From NCBI GenBank assembly GCA_000002435.2, contig CM018790.1: a DNA stretch of 64,000 nt; one strand, given 5' to 3'. Below are positions 1-10,088 of this stretch, piece after piece. Under the pieces are notes generated by a model. It searched no databases and had not been told where the DNA came from. It was given only the letters and a program-made list of their open reading frames with translations. The DNA comes from Giardia intestinalis. Lineage: Eukaryota. Each line of letters starts with the position of its first letter. Position 1 is the first letter of the stretch. The position numbers and the translations under genes were made by a program.

Positions 1-731
1 TCAAGAAATGCATCAACTGGTTTCTAGGCAGCTCCCCGCAAGCTCTAGATGACGCGTGTAGCACTCAATCCCTTCTTACCCTTGTTACAGATGAGTATGT
101 CCTTTCAAAGTTGCCCTCTCTTACTGACTCATTTAAAGACAACCAAGTGAAGTTGCAATCTCATCAAAAAGGTTTAGAAAATCAGATAGGGTGCACGTTA
201 TATAGACACAGATCTGGATTGTATCTTTATCGGTTCCACGTTGACGTTGATTCGCCACTGCCTTGCTTCCCGCACATCCAATACGCAACTGATGCCCAGC
301 CGAAGCCACTCGTTGACTCATCCGGGAAACTTGTTGTCTTTGGTAAGGGAATCGACACAGAGGTAAAAACCCTCAAAGCGCTTAACATTACTCACGTAGT
401 AGTGCACGAAGTCCAGCAGTTCTTTTCTCCATTTATTCCGGTACAAAGGCTAATTACTATATCCAAAACTGCACCCTTGTCCACCGAGCCGTATTGTATT
501 GATCATGAAATTATCAAGGATCACACAGCTCTGCATCCACGGAAAGATGGACACTTTCATTGTGCATTATATGATGCTCTGCAACTTTCGTTCTGCACTT
601 ACAGGTGGCTACATCAAATTGTCACCCCAGACTTGATCGAACCCAAAAATATGCTTAGGTGCAAAGGTACCGATAAGGTTACGGTGCTCAGGATGCCCAG
701 GAAGGACCCTGATGAGAACGTTGAGGACTAA
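1..731 (+). CDS. Hypothetical protein, 5'-truncated at the window edge. The track ORF begins at a TTG, and the frame stays open back to position 3 with no stop.
   Basis: Open frame from the window start to TAA at 729-731. There is no ATG upstream inside the window, so the N-terminus must lie outside it. No recognisable domain; one weak His/Cys motif (DHxxHCALYDA). Confidence 0.4.
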   Translation, partial: KKCINWFLGSSPQALDDACSTQSLLTLVTDEYVLSKLPSLTDSFKDNQVKLQSHQKGLENQIGCTLYRHRSGLYLYRFHVDVDSPLPCFPHIQYATDAQPKPLVDSSGKLVVFGKGIDTEVKTLKALNITHVVVHEVQQFFSPFIPVQRLITISKTAPLSTEPYCIDHEIIKDHTALHPRKDGHFHCALYDALQLSFCTYRWLHQIVTPDLIEPKNMLRCKGTDKVTVLRMPRKDPDENVED

Positions 732-804
732 ACAGAAGCTAGTATTTTGTAAATTTTCAAAAAACGCTAGATTATCATTGGCTCAATAATCGCAGAATTG
801 AACG

Positions 805-3800
805 ATGGCAGAGCTAGGCAGGGACTATCAGCTTGTCGAGGACTGCGGCTCCTTCTCGCGACACATAAAGGTCCAAACAGGAGAGCCTGTCATTGCAATT
901 CACTATCTTCTACCAGATGGATCCACACAGCCCGGTGACCGGAAGGCTATGCAGGATTTTATACACTTGATTAAGGCCGTGAGCTATCTGGCGATACCTG
1001 CTCCTATTGGTACCGTTGAGACAGATGACTATTGCTATCTCATCTACATCGACCACGGATACAAAAATCTGATGGACGTTGTCTCTTCAGCTGCGAAGCA
1101 GCATACCGTCAGCGAGGATGCCTTTTGGGAGATCTGTGGAGAGCTAGTGTCAACTTTACTTCATCTGCGGACGTGCCTGGCACACTACGGCCTATCTCTT
1201 TACCTTGAAAGTCTTGCTTCGACAAATATTGTACTAGATGAAGACTACAAGCCCAGAATTCTCAGTCTTACTTGTCTCAAATGCATTTCAGACAAACCTG
1301 AGCATCTCTTCCCGCATTATAGAGAAGCATACGGTGTGCCATCTATTGACCTCCCTCACTCTGTTTTAGAATATTGTGAACATGTGTCTATCAAGGAATC
1401 AGATACCTTTCTGCGTGGTTCCGAGCTTAATGACTATATTGCGCGATCCCTTGGGTCTCTTCTATACTATTTGACAACAGGGATGGAGCTTAAGCTCCCT
1501 CTATCAAATACAGATCAACTACAGTCCGTAATTATGAATGCCAGCGGCGTATCCTCGGAAAGGAAGGCACTCTTACTGGGGTTGTTGAGCAGCAACTCTA
1601 TTGAGCAGGATCATCCGTTGGACTTATATGAGGTATATTGCATATGTTGCCAGCAGATAGATAAGCAATCAGTGAAGCAAATGGACTCGAGACCAGGGCA
1701 TGATTCTGCATCGGAACCCATATCGAAGATGCCAACGGGTACGATGGACACCGTAGAATCCTTGCAAATAAAGAACGCTCAGCTTGAAGGATATACCTCT
1801 CAGATAATGAACGAGCTAAAAAGCAAAATGCAAGAGGTGTCCGACTTACGCGCGCAACTTACAGAGGCTCTCAAGCAGGGGGAAGTGTTCGCCAAGCAGT
1901 TGCCCCTGTTTCAAAAAGAGATATCCGTGCTCAGGAAGAAACTTACAGAAAAGTCTGCTGGGCCACCATCTCCGCGAAGAGACAGCTTGGAGGAAGAAAA
2001 CGCTGCTCTAAGAGAAGAGCTCAGTAAAGCGTATACAGATCTGCAGATGGAGGTCGCGGTAAGAGAGGATCTTGAGCGGAAGCTTAAGGATGTAGCACCA
2101 TTAGCTACACATGCCGAACATAAGGACGTCGAGCTTGAGGTTCTTCGAGAAAAAATTGTTCTTCTTCAGAAGAAGATTCAAGAAAGAGACGATCTCATTA
2201 CCAGCCTCTATACAAGCTTGCACTCCCTAGAGTCTATTAAGCTACCTGTCAAAGCTCCAGATCTCGTCCGGCCAAGTGTTCGCCCGGCTCTGGTTGTCGA
2301 CACGCCTGGACCTTCGGCAACGGTTAACTCTGTAGACCATAATACGGTAGCGCAGCAAGGAGAGTCACCACATGCACGCAGCGACGGGGAAGCTAGCAGT
2401 ATCATCGGTAGTACTAGTATCAGTGATAGCCATGGAACACGCAGACAACTCACAGAGATTTCGGCAATGATGGCCACCAACCACTCACCGACGCCAGATA
2501 TGGTGTCCCCATCTATAGATGCACAGCTTTCAAGACTGATAACTAATTCCGTACAGCGCATGCCTATTTCAACCAAGAAAGAAGAGCGAGGAGATGAGCT
2601 AAATATAAAGGATCTTGAGCTGAACAAACCAGCAAGAGGGATTGTAAGTGTACCCAACAGATCCAAAAGTACAAGGAATGTTCTAGACGAGCCAGGTCAG
2701 AAGGGAGACCTCAAAAATCCCAAGCCGAGTGCCCCTGACCGAATCTACTCTAAGAGTGCGAAGCGCCCTCGTGTCAAGACACCATCGCCGAAGGTCGATA
2801 ATCATCATTTTCTGAAGGCACGATCTCCCACACGAGAGCAAGAGGTGACGGAGAAGCTTATTGAGTGCAAACTTCCCAACCAGATTATCAGGCTGAAGTC
2901 CGAGCTCACCCCTGCCGATCGCCTGATGCAGAAGTTTGACTACAATTCAGAGTACACTATTAAGAGCGGTGAGAAGAACTATACCCCACTTATGGAGATA
3001 ATATGCAACACTAGGCAGCCGCGGGCAGCAGGGAGCAAATCTGTCATCAACTTCAAGAGCTATGCTGGATATATTGGCCAACAGAATGACCAGGGCCTAA
3101 CCGCCCTTATGATAGCCAGCATGAAGAACAATGAACATGCAGTCAGGTTCCTGGTTAAGCATGAGGCGAATCTATTAACTGTGGAAGGATACAGTGCTCT
3201 CTACCTGGCCCTACTTTCCAATCACGTCGGAATTGCACGACTGCTACTGCCATATGAAGGGTTTGCATATGAGGAAGATCAGCAAGAACTCGCAAAAGAT
3301 GGCATGACACACCTCATGGCGGCTGCTTCATCGAATGATATTATAAAGACATTCATCTATCTAGATTCACAGAGAGGAAGACAAAATGCTTCTGGATACA
3401 CAGCGCTGATGCTGGCGGCAGAACGAGGAAATGCAGAGATATGTCAGCTGCTGGTGTCAGAAGAGAAGTGTCTCAAGAATAACGAAATGGAGACTGCTCT
3501 CATGCTTGCTTCCAGAAACGGACATAAGAATTGTGTGCGTATCTTGGCCACATCCGAGAAGGGTCTTCAAAATAAAAAGGGCCAAACTGCTCTGATGTTA
3601 GCAAGCATTGCTGGGTACCACGAGCTGGTCAACATCCTCATCAATTCAGAAGCAGGGAAAAATGCGTATGTCTTTGATAAGGAGACAGGATATACTGCTT
3701 TAATTTATGCGATAAAGCATAAGCACAAGGAGTGTATTGAGAAACTGGCTCAGAGAGAGGGCCGCAAGCCAGACATGCGCGGAAACCTACCTCGTATGTT

Positions 3801-3852
3801 CGCTTCCACCAATGATATTTTGAAACTCTGCCAGCTGCTTGGGATACAGTAG
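805..3852 (+). CDS. Ankyrin-repeat protein of the Giardia 'Protein 21.1'/NEK family. It has an N-terminal degenerate (pseudo)kinase-like domain, a central coiled coil and C-terminal ankyrin repeats.
   Basis: ATG start confirmed. The N-terminus has a kinase-like fold that lacks GxGxxG and HRD (DCGSFSRH, YLESLASTNIVLDEDYKPRI). Heptad-rich segment (LKSKMQEVSDLRAQLTEALKQ...). C-terminal repeats read GLTALMIAS, GYTALMLAAERGNAEICQLLV, GQTALMLASIAGYHELVNIL, GYTALIYAIKH. Confidence 0.7.
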   Translation: MAELGRDYQLVEDCGSFSRHIKVQTGEPVIAIHYLLPDGSTQPGDRKAMQDFIHLIKAVSYLAIPAPIGTVETDDYCYLIYIDHGYKNLMDVVSSAAKQHTVSEDAFWEICGELVSTLLHLRTCLAHYGLSLYLESLASTNIVLDEDYKPRILSLTCLKCISDKPEHLFPHYREAYGVPSIDLPHSVLEYCEHVSIKESDTFLRGSELNDYIARSLGSLLYYLTTGMELKLPLSNTDQLQSVIMNASGVSSERKALLLGLLSSNSIEQDHPLDLYEVYCICCQQIDKQSVKQMDSRPGHDSASEPISKMPTGTMDTVESLQIKNAQLEGYTSQIMNELKSKMQEVSDLRAQLTEALKQGEVFAKQLPLFQKEISVLRKKLTEKSAGPPSPRRDSLEEENAALREELSKAYTDLQMEVAVREDLERKLKDVAPLATHAEHKDVELEVLREKIVLLQKKIQERDDLITSLYTSLHSLESIKLPVKAPDLVRPSVRPALVVDTPGPSATVNSVDHNTVAQQGESPHARSDGEASSIIGSTSISDSHGTRRQLTEISAMMATNHSPTPDMVSPSIDAQLSRLITNSVQRMPISTKKEERGDELNIKDLELNKPARGIVSVPNRSKSTRNVLDEPGQKGDLKNPKPSAPDRIYSKSAKRPRVKTPSPKVDNHHFLKARSPTREQEVTEKLIECKLPNQIIRLKSELTPADRLMQKFDYNSEYTIKSGEKNYTPLMEIICNTRQPRAAGSKSVINFKSYAGYIGQQNDQGLTALMIASMKNNEHAVRFLVKHEANLLTVEGYSALYLALLSNHVGIARLLLPYEGFAYEEDQQELAKDGMTHLMAAASSNDIIKTFIYLDSQRGRQNASGYTALMLAAERGNAEICQLLVSEEKCLKNNEMETALMLASRNGHKNCVRILATSEKGLQNKKGQTALMLASIAGYHELVNILINSEAGKNAYVFDKETGYTALIYAIKHKHKECIEKLAQREGRKPDMRGNLPRMFASTNDILKLCQLLGIQ

Positions 3853-3882
3853 GTCAGGCTTAATTGAATTAAGATTGCGATC

Positions 3883-3889
3883 AGTGAAT
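3883..3889 (+). terminator. Putative polyadenylation signal AGTGAAT (Giardia AGTRAAY consensus), 30 nt downstream of the stop of the 805..3852 gene.
   Basis: Consensus heptamer read directly from the sequence. Giardia 3'UTRs are known to be very short with AGTRAAY signals. Confidence 0.3.
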
Positions 3890-4287
3890 CTACAGTATGG
3901 ATTTGTTATGTTATGCTTACATTCCCACTTGGGAGACACCTCGTTACCAAATGTGGAGGGTTATGCCCGACTCCATCCTGGGGATTCGCGGTCGTGACGC
4001 CTGGTTGTCTGGAGCCGATGCCCCAATGATGCTCTGACTGGAAGTATGGACAGATATAGGTTGTTTTCTCTGTGTCAGCTTATCACATCAGATACGTTAC
4101 TCGGAGTAACTTATAGACTCTAGAGTCCATCTTCTTTGTATCGTCTTTACAACTCCAGTAATCTTCTGTTGCGGATATGTTGGCCTTTGATAGGTGGTTT
4201 CCATACCCTCAATTTACAATTCCGAACCCATAAATTTATACGCCACTGCATCACCAAAACCAATGCTCCGCACAGACAATAACGGTA

Positions 4288-7200
4288 TCAAAGTTGGATG
4301 CTGGAGTTGGCACCAGACAGCTGACTCAGCAGGGGCACGTCAGCGTGGAGTGATGCGTTAGAAGTTGCTTGCCGCTTGAGCTTGGACCTGGAAGACTTGG
4401 AGCCTTTCTGCGGGGCGCGCTCCCTTAGTGGGCCGCCTCTCCTGGGCCGTATCACGAACCACCAGATGAGGAAGCCGGCCACTGCAACGAGGACGAGGAG
4501 AACGACGACCACGATCGCAGCCGTCGTGCTGGCAGACGATTTGTTAGATGGAACAGGGACTCCGCAGACGAAGTCGCTTGTGAGAGAGAAGCCTTCATCG
4601 CATATGCAAGTGGGCTTTATGCCATTCTCAGACACGCACCTGCCGTTGCCCCCGCAGATCGTCACGGTGCCGTCGGTGCCGCGCTGGACGCACTGGCTGC
4701 TGATGCAGAGCTGGTCAAGAACACTTTCATACCCATACTTGCACTCGCATGTACTATCTGTGGAAAGTGGACAGTCGCCGTTCCCCCCGCAGAGTGTCCC
4801 ACCGGAAATGCAGGCCGATGGGTAGCAGAGAGTCCCGTGGAGGGTCCAGCCCTGGTTGCAGCTACAGATCGCAGAGGACCCTTCACCTGTACACTGTCCA
4901 CCGCCGTTGCAGATTTTCCCGTCCTTGAGACATCTTGTGGGGATGCAGTCTTTGTTGACTAAAGTGTAGAAATCCAGGCATACACAGCGATAGGTATCCC
5001 CCGCCTTCTCGCAGGCCCCGAAGCCACTGCAAAGCTTGTTGTCCGACGAGACACAGTTTTTGTGCACACAACTAGTTTGACCTTCGAGACTCTGAAAGCC
5101 ATCCACAGTGCAGTCACATCGCTTGTTGTCTTCATTGCACGTTCCACCACCATCGCAGACCTCGGCCAGGATGCTCTCGTGCGCCCCGAAGCACTCCTTG
5201 ACGAAGCACTGGCCGGTCTTCTTGTCTGTGCGGTATCTGCTGCTGTCGCACCTGCACAGTCCCGTGCCGGCGACAGGGCCCTCTACGCATGTTCCTCGCT
5301 TGTTGCATATCATCGCAGGGTCAGTCTTGTGATTCTCTGGCATGCATTCCGCATACACACAGACACCCGTCCCAACAAGGGTCGTGCCGGAGTAGCAGCT
5401 GCATGTCTCAGTGTCTCCGGTCTCGTCACAGTAGCCCATATTGTAGCACTTCTTCTCTATGTTTTCATACGGATCTGTGTAGTAACACTTAGATTTTCTG
5501 CACTTTTTGCTTGTCTTATCAACGATGAAGCTAGAACTAACGCATACACAAGTAAAGCGGCTGTTGACTAGCTGACAGCTTCCCGCAACAGGGCTCGACT
5601 CCTCGCTGCAGCTGTCGCCCTCTGGACAGTCTGTCGGATAGCACCTGTTGTCTGTGTATTCCTTGTAGCCGGTCGCGCAGTCCTGACATTTGTCCCCAGA
5701 GTACTCAGAACGACAGCTGCATCCCTCTGAATCCTTGGTGAGCAAGCAGCTACCTCTTCCGCTGCATATTCTCTCTAGGCCCGTTTTAGAGGTGAGGCAC
5801 TTAGATGGTATGCACAGATATCTGTAGCCACTAGCAGACAGTGTCTCATAATTGGCGTCACATGTGCATGAATATCCCGTATTCTTACTTCCCTTGCATT
5901 TTCCGTGGCCAGAGCACTCCAACTTCTGGACGGGGTTTCCGGGTAGAGTATCGCTAAGGCAGTTGCTGTTCATGCACATCCCCGTATTTATCTGGACAAT
6001 GTTATACCAGTTATCGCACTTGCAGTAAGATTTCACCTGCTCAGTGAGGTTGAGAACACACGATCCCAGGTGCGAGCCACCACACATCGTCTTCTGCTTA
6101 GTATCGTCAGATGCTGTAACTTCAAATATGCAAGCTGCTGGAAGACAGAATCCATCCACGACTTCATAGCCAGTGAGCCCTGTTTTGCAATTACAAGTAT
6201 AATCCTCGAAGGTTCCGGCTGTGCCTGTTTTTACACACTCTCCAATGGTATCTCCTCCGCATATTGATTTAGCAACCACATTGTTGGTAGTTACAGTATT
6301 AATCAGACATTTTGGGCTGACGCATGTGTTGCCAAATGGTTCATATCCAGTATCACAGACACACCCATTATACTCGCACCTGCCTAGGCCTCCGCAAATA
6401 ATCGGTGGATCTACACCTTGACCGCTAGAAATGCACTTCTCTAGAACACACGTCTTTCTCAGTTCTCCGCTTACGTCTCTAAGTGTGACTAACTTTGCGT
6501 CGCTGTTGCAGTTGCATTGCTTATCCTTCAGGAGAGGCCCACCGTTGCATGATCCTAGCCTGTTACAGGCAATAGCAGGATCGTCCAGAGATTTTCTATA
6601 GACGCACTTGCTGGGTATACATTCGTCGTAGAGCCGACCCTTCTCATATCCCTCAGAGCAGAAACAGGTATAATAATTGTCAGTCCCATGCGTGCATACA
6701 GCCAAGGCATCGCCTCCACAGTAGACGTCATTTGGCATGCAACGTAGGTGAACACAGAGACCATTTGCAGATTTGTACGGATACCTGCAGCTGCACGATG
6801 GTGTTCCAGTGGAGGGTTTTGAACACCGCATAGTAGACCCGTCGTAGACCTTGCACTCGACGTACTTGACCTCCCCATTATGAAGCACTTTGCCAGCACA
6901 CGTAGGATAGGTGCAGTAGCCCCCGAAGGCCTCCAGATCACCTTCGCACTCGCAGCCGTACCGACCAGTCAGCTGGTTGTATACGCAGACTCCCTTTCCG
7001 GAGCAGACAAGCACGTTGATATCTGGATTCCTTATGCTATCTGGTATGCCAACTGGCAGGCAGTCATAGCTGTAGCACATGTCACCGATCTTGAAGAAGC
7101 CATTGCTGCAGACGCAGGTTCCAGTACTGTCTATATATCCCGCACCAGGACCACCGCAGAGTCCCCTTGCTCGGTGGGTTGTAGAATTAGCATTCTTGCT

Positions 7201-9333
7201 CTTTGGAATGCACGTCTTGTTGTATGTAACATAGTCCCCAATGCAATTACACTGCCACGTTGCGTCCCGTCCGACAGTGCATTCGAGTGTAAAGGTAGAC
7301 GGCCCAGCGCAATACTCGGGCGCCCATGGACCAGCAAGACTCTTGTCAAGCTTGCATGCATCAGTGACACACGCCTTCAAATTTGGATCCCATTTGGCAG
7401 CAGTCCCACAATCACACTCGTATCCGCTTTTATCCTTTTTCTGAATGCAGTCTCCAACACCGCCGCAGTAATTGTACCACATATGACCGAATTGGCCATC
7501 GTGACAGTCACTATGTATGCAGGTTTTATTGTGTTTTTCAAAGTGTACAAGGTGGAACTTCTCTGGACATACAGTACACGTTTCAGGTAGATCGGGTTCG
7601 TCGGAAAGCTTAGCGCACGTAGGCAAGTTATCAACTGGCAGGTTTTCTGTTACATTCTCAAGGAACCCACAAAAGAACCTTCTTGTCTTGTCTATTTTGC
7701 TAACATGCACACACCCAGGTTTAGCGGAGAAGGTGCCGTTGTAGGCCGAAACGTTCCCATCACTGGAGTCTTTAGGAACGCATGTGATGAACGGATTGCT
7801 AGGATCGCCGAAGGTAGTGTACTGACCATCTGGTCCGCAGACGCGTGAGTCAGCAGCACGTGCGGTGGGCGGTTGCGGCGTCGATATGATGCATTTTTTG
7901 GCGGTGCATACGCCATCTATCTCCTCTGCAGTGGCTGTATCACAAGTTTCGCACTTATCGCCCGTGTAGATTGATGAGCAGTTGCACTTCATTGTAGAAG
8001 AATCTGCAGGGTCAAGTACAATATGCCCGTGGCCACTGCAAACCGTGGCAGGGCTATCCACCAGACTGCTCAAGATGCAGCGTCCTGAAGCAATGTAGGT
8101 ATAGTCCTGATCACAAGTGCATTGTATATTTTGTAGATTGTCGGTTTTGCACGTGCCGTGTCCCGAGCAGACCTTCCCCAGCTCCTCGTCCATGCACGCG
8201 GGGGACGTGCACTCTCCGCTGACGGCAATGAGCATGTCCGGACAGCGGCAGTGGTACTCGCCGTCGGACTTGACACATGTTCCTCCGTTCTTGCATGATT
8301 CCTGGTTGTTTGAGGTGAGGCATCCCAGCGGAACGCACTTGTCGCCTACCTGAGCGGATTTCCCAGAAGTGCAAGTATCGCAGAGGTCGCCCGTGGCAAG
8401 CCCTCGGCAATCGCAACTATAACCAGCCCCGTTGCGCACACACGCGCCCACTCCGCCACAGATCTTCGAGCGGGACTCGTCTGTGCACACGGAGTATGTA
8501 CAAAACTGACCGACCTGGACTGCATCCGAATCGCAAACGCACTTGAAGGTACCGGTATTGCCCTCATCTGTGCAGTTCCCGAAACCCCCGCAGACGACCG
8601 GGGACCCGTCGATCGTGACTACGCACTCTGTCCTGACACATTTGTGTCCAACGCGTGTGTAGCCATCATTGCACTTGCAGCGATAGTGATATGATTCGCG
8701 ATCGAGGCCCACGTCAAGGATGCACGTTCCCTGGCCTGAGCACACGACGCCATCCGAGTCCTGGCAGGCCCGCGCATTGCACGTAGGGAGGGAATCAGAC
8801 GAAGAGCTTTCTGTAGCGATCGCGTTGGCGTCGTCGCACGACTGGCAGAGGCCCCCGCGGTAGATCGGGTAGCAGTCGCACGCGTAGTCGTCAGCACTCA
8901 GCCCGGCCAGCCCGGGGTCCTTCAGGAGGCAGCGGCCGCGGCCGTTGCAGGGGGCCTTCGTTGCCTCCTGTCCTGAGAGGTCACCGGTGTTGAAGCAGTC
9001 CTTCGACAGGCACTCGCCCTCGTAGGACACGAAGCCATCGGGGCAGGGGTCGCACGAGTACGCCCCTGCGTAGTAGTTGCACTTGCTCGACCCTGTGCAC
9101 TCCGTCCCGTTCACGAGGCAGGCGTAGTTGACGGCCCTGTCTGCGGGTGTCTGCCCACTGGTAGTTACCTTGCGGAACCCTGCACGGGGGGCGTCGCACG
9201 CAGCTCCCGCCCAGCCCCGCCTGCACTGGCAGAAGTGTGCTCCGTCCCCGTAGGCGCAGTCTCCGTTAACACATGCAGGTCCTGTCCCGCATGGGGTCAC
9301 AGAGTACACTGTGATGAACAGAAGGCCTAACAT
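4288..9333 (-). CDS. High-cysteine membrane protein (HCMP; VSP-like, EGF/CxxC-repeat type I membrane protein).
   Basis: 1,681 aa counting from the first ATG (9333); the track start at 9360 is a GTG. N-terminal signal peptide MLGLLFITVYSVTPC. Very Cys-rich with recurring CxxC, GGxGxC and CxCxxGY motifs. Single C-terminal TM (AAIVVVVLLVLVAVAGFLIWWFVI) followed by a basic ~55-aa cytoplasmic tail. A classical VSP would carry a CRGKA tail instead, so this is the HCMP type. Confidence 0.85.
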   Translation of the reverse strand: MLGLLFITVYSVTPCGTGPACVNGDCAYGDGAHFCQCRRGWAGAACDAPRAGFRKVTTSGQTPADRAVNYACLVNGTECTGSSKCNYYAGAYSCDPCPDGFVSYEGECLSKDCFNTGDLSGQEATKAPCNGRGRCLLKDPGLAGLSADDYACDCYPIYRGGLCQSCDDANAIATESSSSDSLPTCNARACQDSDGVVCSGQGTCILDVGLDRESYHYRCKCNDGYTRVGHKCVRTECVVTIDGSPVVCGGFGNCTDEGNTGTFKCVCDSDAVQVGQFCTYSVCTDESRSKICGGVGACVRNGAGYSCDCRGLATGDLCDTCTSGKSAQVGDKCVPLGCLTSNNQESCKNGGTCVKSDGEYHCRCPDMLIAVSGECTSPACMDEELGKVCSGHGTCKTDNLQNIQCTCDQDYTYIASGRCILSSLVDSPATVCSGHGHIVLDPADSSTMKCNCSSIYTGDKCETCDTATAEEIDGVCTAKKCIISTPQPPTARAADSRVCGPDGQYTTFGDPSNPFITCVPKDSSDGNVSAYNGTFSAKPGCVHVSKIDKTRRFFCGFLENVTENLPVDNLPTCAKLSDEPDLPETCTVCPEKFHLVHFEKHNKTCIHSDCHDGQFGHMWYNYCGGVGDCIQKKDKSGYECDCGTAAKWDPNLKACVTDACKLDKSLAGPWAPEYCAGPSTFTLECTVGRDATWQCNCIGDYVTYNKTCIPKSKNANSTTHRARGLCGGPGAGYIDSTGTCVCSNGFFKIGDMCYSYDCLPVGIPDSIRNPDINVLVCSGKGVCVYNQLTGRYGCECEGDLEAFGGYCTYPTCAGKVLHNGEVKYVECKVYDGSTMRCSKPSTGTPSCSCRYPYKSANGLCVHLRCMPNDVYCGGDALAVCTHGTDNYYTCFCSEGYEKGRLYDECIPSKCVYRKSLDDPAIACNRLGSCNGGPLLKDKQCNCNSDAKLVTLRDVSGELRKTCVLEKCISSGQGVDPPIICGGLGRCEYNGCVCDTGYEPFGNTCVSPKCLINTVTTNNVVAKSICGGDTIGECVKTGTAGTFEDYTCNCKTGLTGYEVVDGFCLPAACIFEVTASDDTKQKTMCGGSHLGSCVLNLTEQVKSYCKCDNWYNIVQINTGMCMNSNCLSDTLPGNPVQKLECSGHGKCKGSKNTGYSCTCDANYETLSASGYRYLCIPSKCLTSKTGLERICSGRGSCLLTKDSEGCSCRSEYSGDKCQDCATGYKEYTDNRCYPTDCPEGDSCSEESSPVAGSCQLVNSRFTCVCVSSSFIVDKTSKKCRKSKCYYTDPYENIEKKCYNMGYCDETGDTETCSCYSGTTLVGTGVCVYAECMPENHKTDPAMICNKRGTCVEGPVAGTGLCRCDSSRYRTDKKTGQCFVKECFGAHESILAEVCDGGGTCNEDNKRCDCTVDGFQSLEGQTSCVHKNCVSSDNKLCSGFGACEKAGDTYRCVCLDFYTLVNKDCIPTRCLKDGKICNGGGQCTGEGSSAICSCNQGWTLHGTLCYPSACISGGTLCGGNGDCPLSTDSTCECKYGYESVLDQLCISSQCVQRGTDGTVTICGGNGRCVSENGIKPTCICDEGFSLTSDFVCGVPVPSNKSSASTTAAIVVVVLLVLVAVAGFLIWWFVIRPRRGGPLRERAPQKGSKSSRSKLKRQATSNASLHADVPLLSQLSGANSSIQL

Positions 9334-10088
9334 AAGGTCTTTTAAGAAAACCGTGCACACATTAGTGTATTACTTTTACACACGTTTCTATCGATATACT
9401 ATTTAGTTCCTTGGTCAGTTGGTTGGCTTCTTTAGTCTACGGCGCACTTTTCCTCGGATTTAAGCTACAGTATTTTCGCAGTATACTGACATAGACTGAA
9501 AAATTGATTACTTTGTTTGCTCAAGATTATTGTAATCTATCAGTAATGGGGAGGCATTGGCCTTGAACCTGAAGAGTTATTCTGTTTCTGTGATCCTGAC
9601 CTCACATATAGTAACCTAGGATTATTAACGGATTATTAACAAGACTGTATGCTTAGATTATGAATAGGGAGGATGGTTCTAATCTAACCTGTTAGAAGAA
9701 GATATTTATGTGCCAGTGGAGTTAGTGTCCATTGTGAAGTCTTGGTAAATTAGCGTTTAGTGTGTTGCGAAAAATTCAAAGTATGGATCTATTGTAGCTC
9801 CGATGCTATGCAGGGGATATGTTCGTCATCCACCCTCACAACAAGTGGACCGCAGTCGACCAGGTATCAGTGTTGTAGACCCCTGGGGTGGAGCCGGACA
9901 TATCATAGACAGCCTGGTAGTGACACGGGGAAAACCATTCAGCACAGAAGCCCACGGCCCAGATGTTCGGTATGCCGAGGAGAGCATCTCTATGGAGATT
10001 TACAAAAAAGACATTTCATTTTACCCCCAGCAACTTAAGGAGCAACTTATAGAAGACATCCTACGGTAGTTCTAGATACAGTAACGTA

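Noticed and set aside
2208-2666. 152-aa minus ORF; similar ones at 31792..32433 and 59570..60049
   Set aside because: Each is embedded antisense within a confidently called longer gene and has no motif support.
3853-4287. 435-bp convergent 3' gap scanned for a tRNA, snoRNA or small ORF
   Set aside because: I found no tRNA-like T-loop (GTTCGAATC-type) or anticodon-arm structure by eye. Only a 46-aa ORF (MDLLCYAYIPTWETPRYQMW...) with no motif is present. A covariance-model search would be needed to call any ncRNA.
4376-9226. More than 25 plus-strand ORFs of 60-236 aa listed in the track inside the HCMP locus
   Set aside because: All are antisense to a single continuous 1,681-aa Cys-rich ORF. 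They arise from the low-complexity GCA/GCC/ACA-rich reverse complement of Cys/Gly codons, most start on non-ATG codons, and none shows a domain.
9760-10038. 92-aa plus ORF overlapping the 9803..10069 candidate in another frame
   Set aside because: The two are mutually exclusive. This one is Cys/Arg-rich and low-complexity, and at most one of them can be real.
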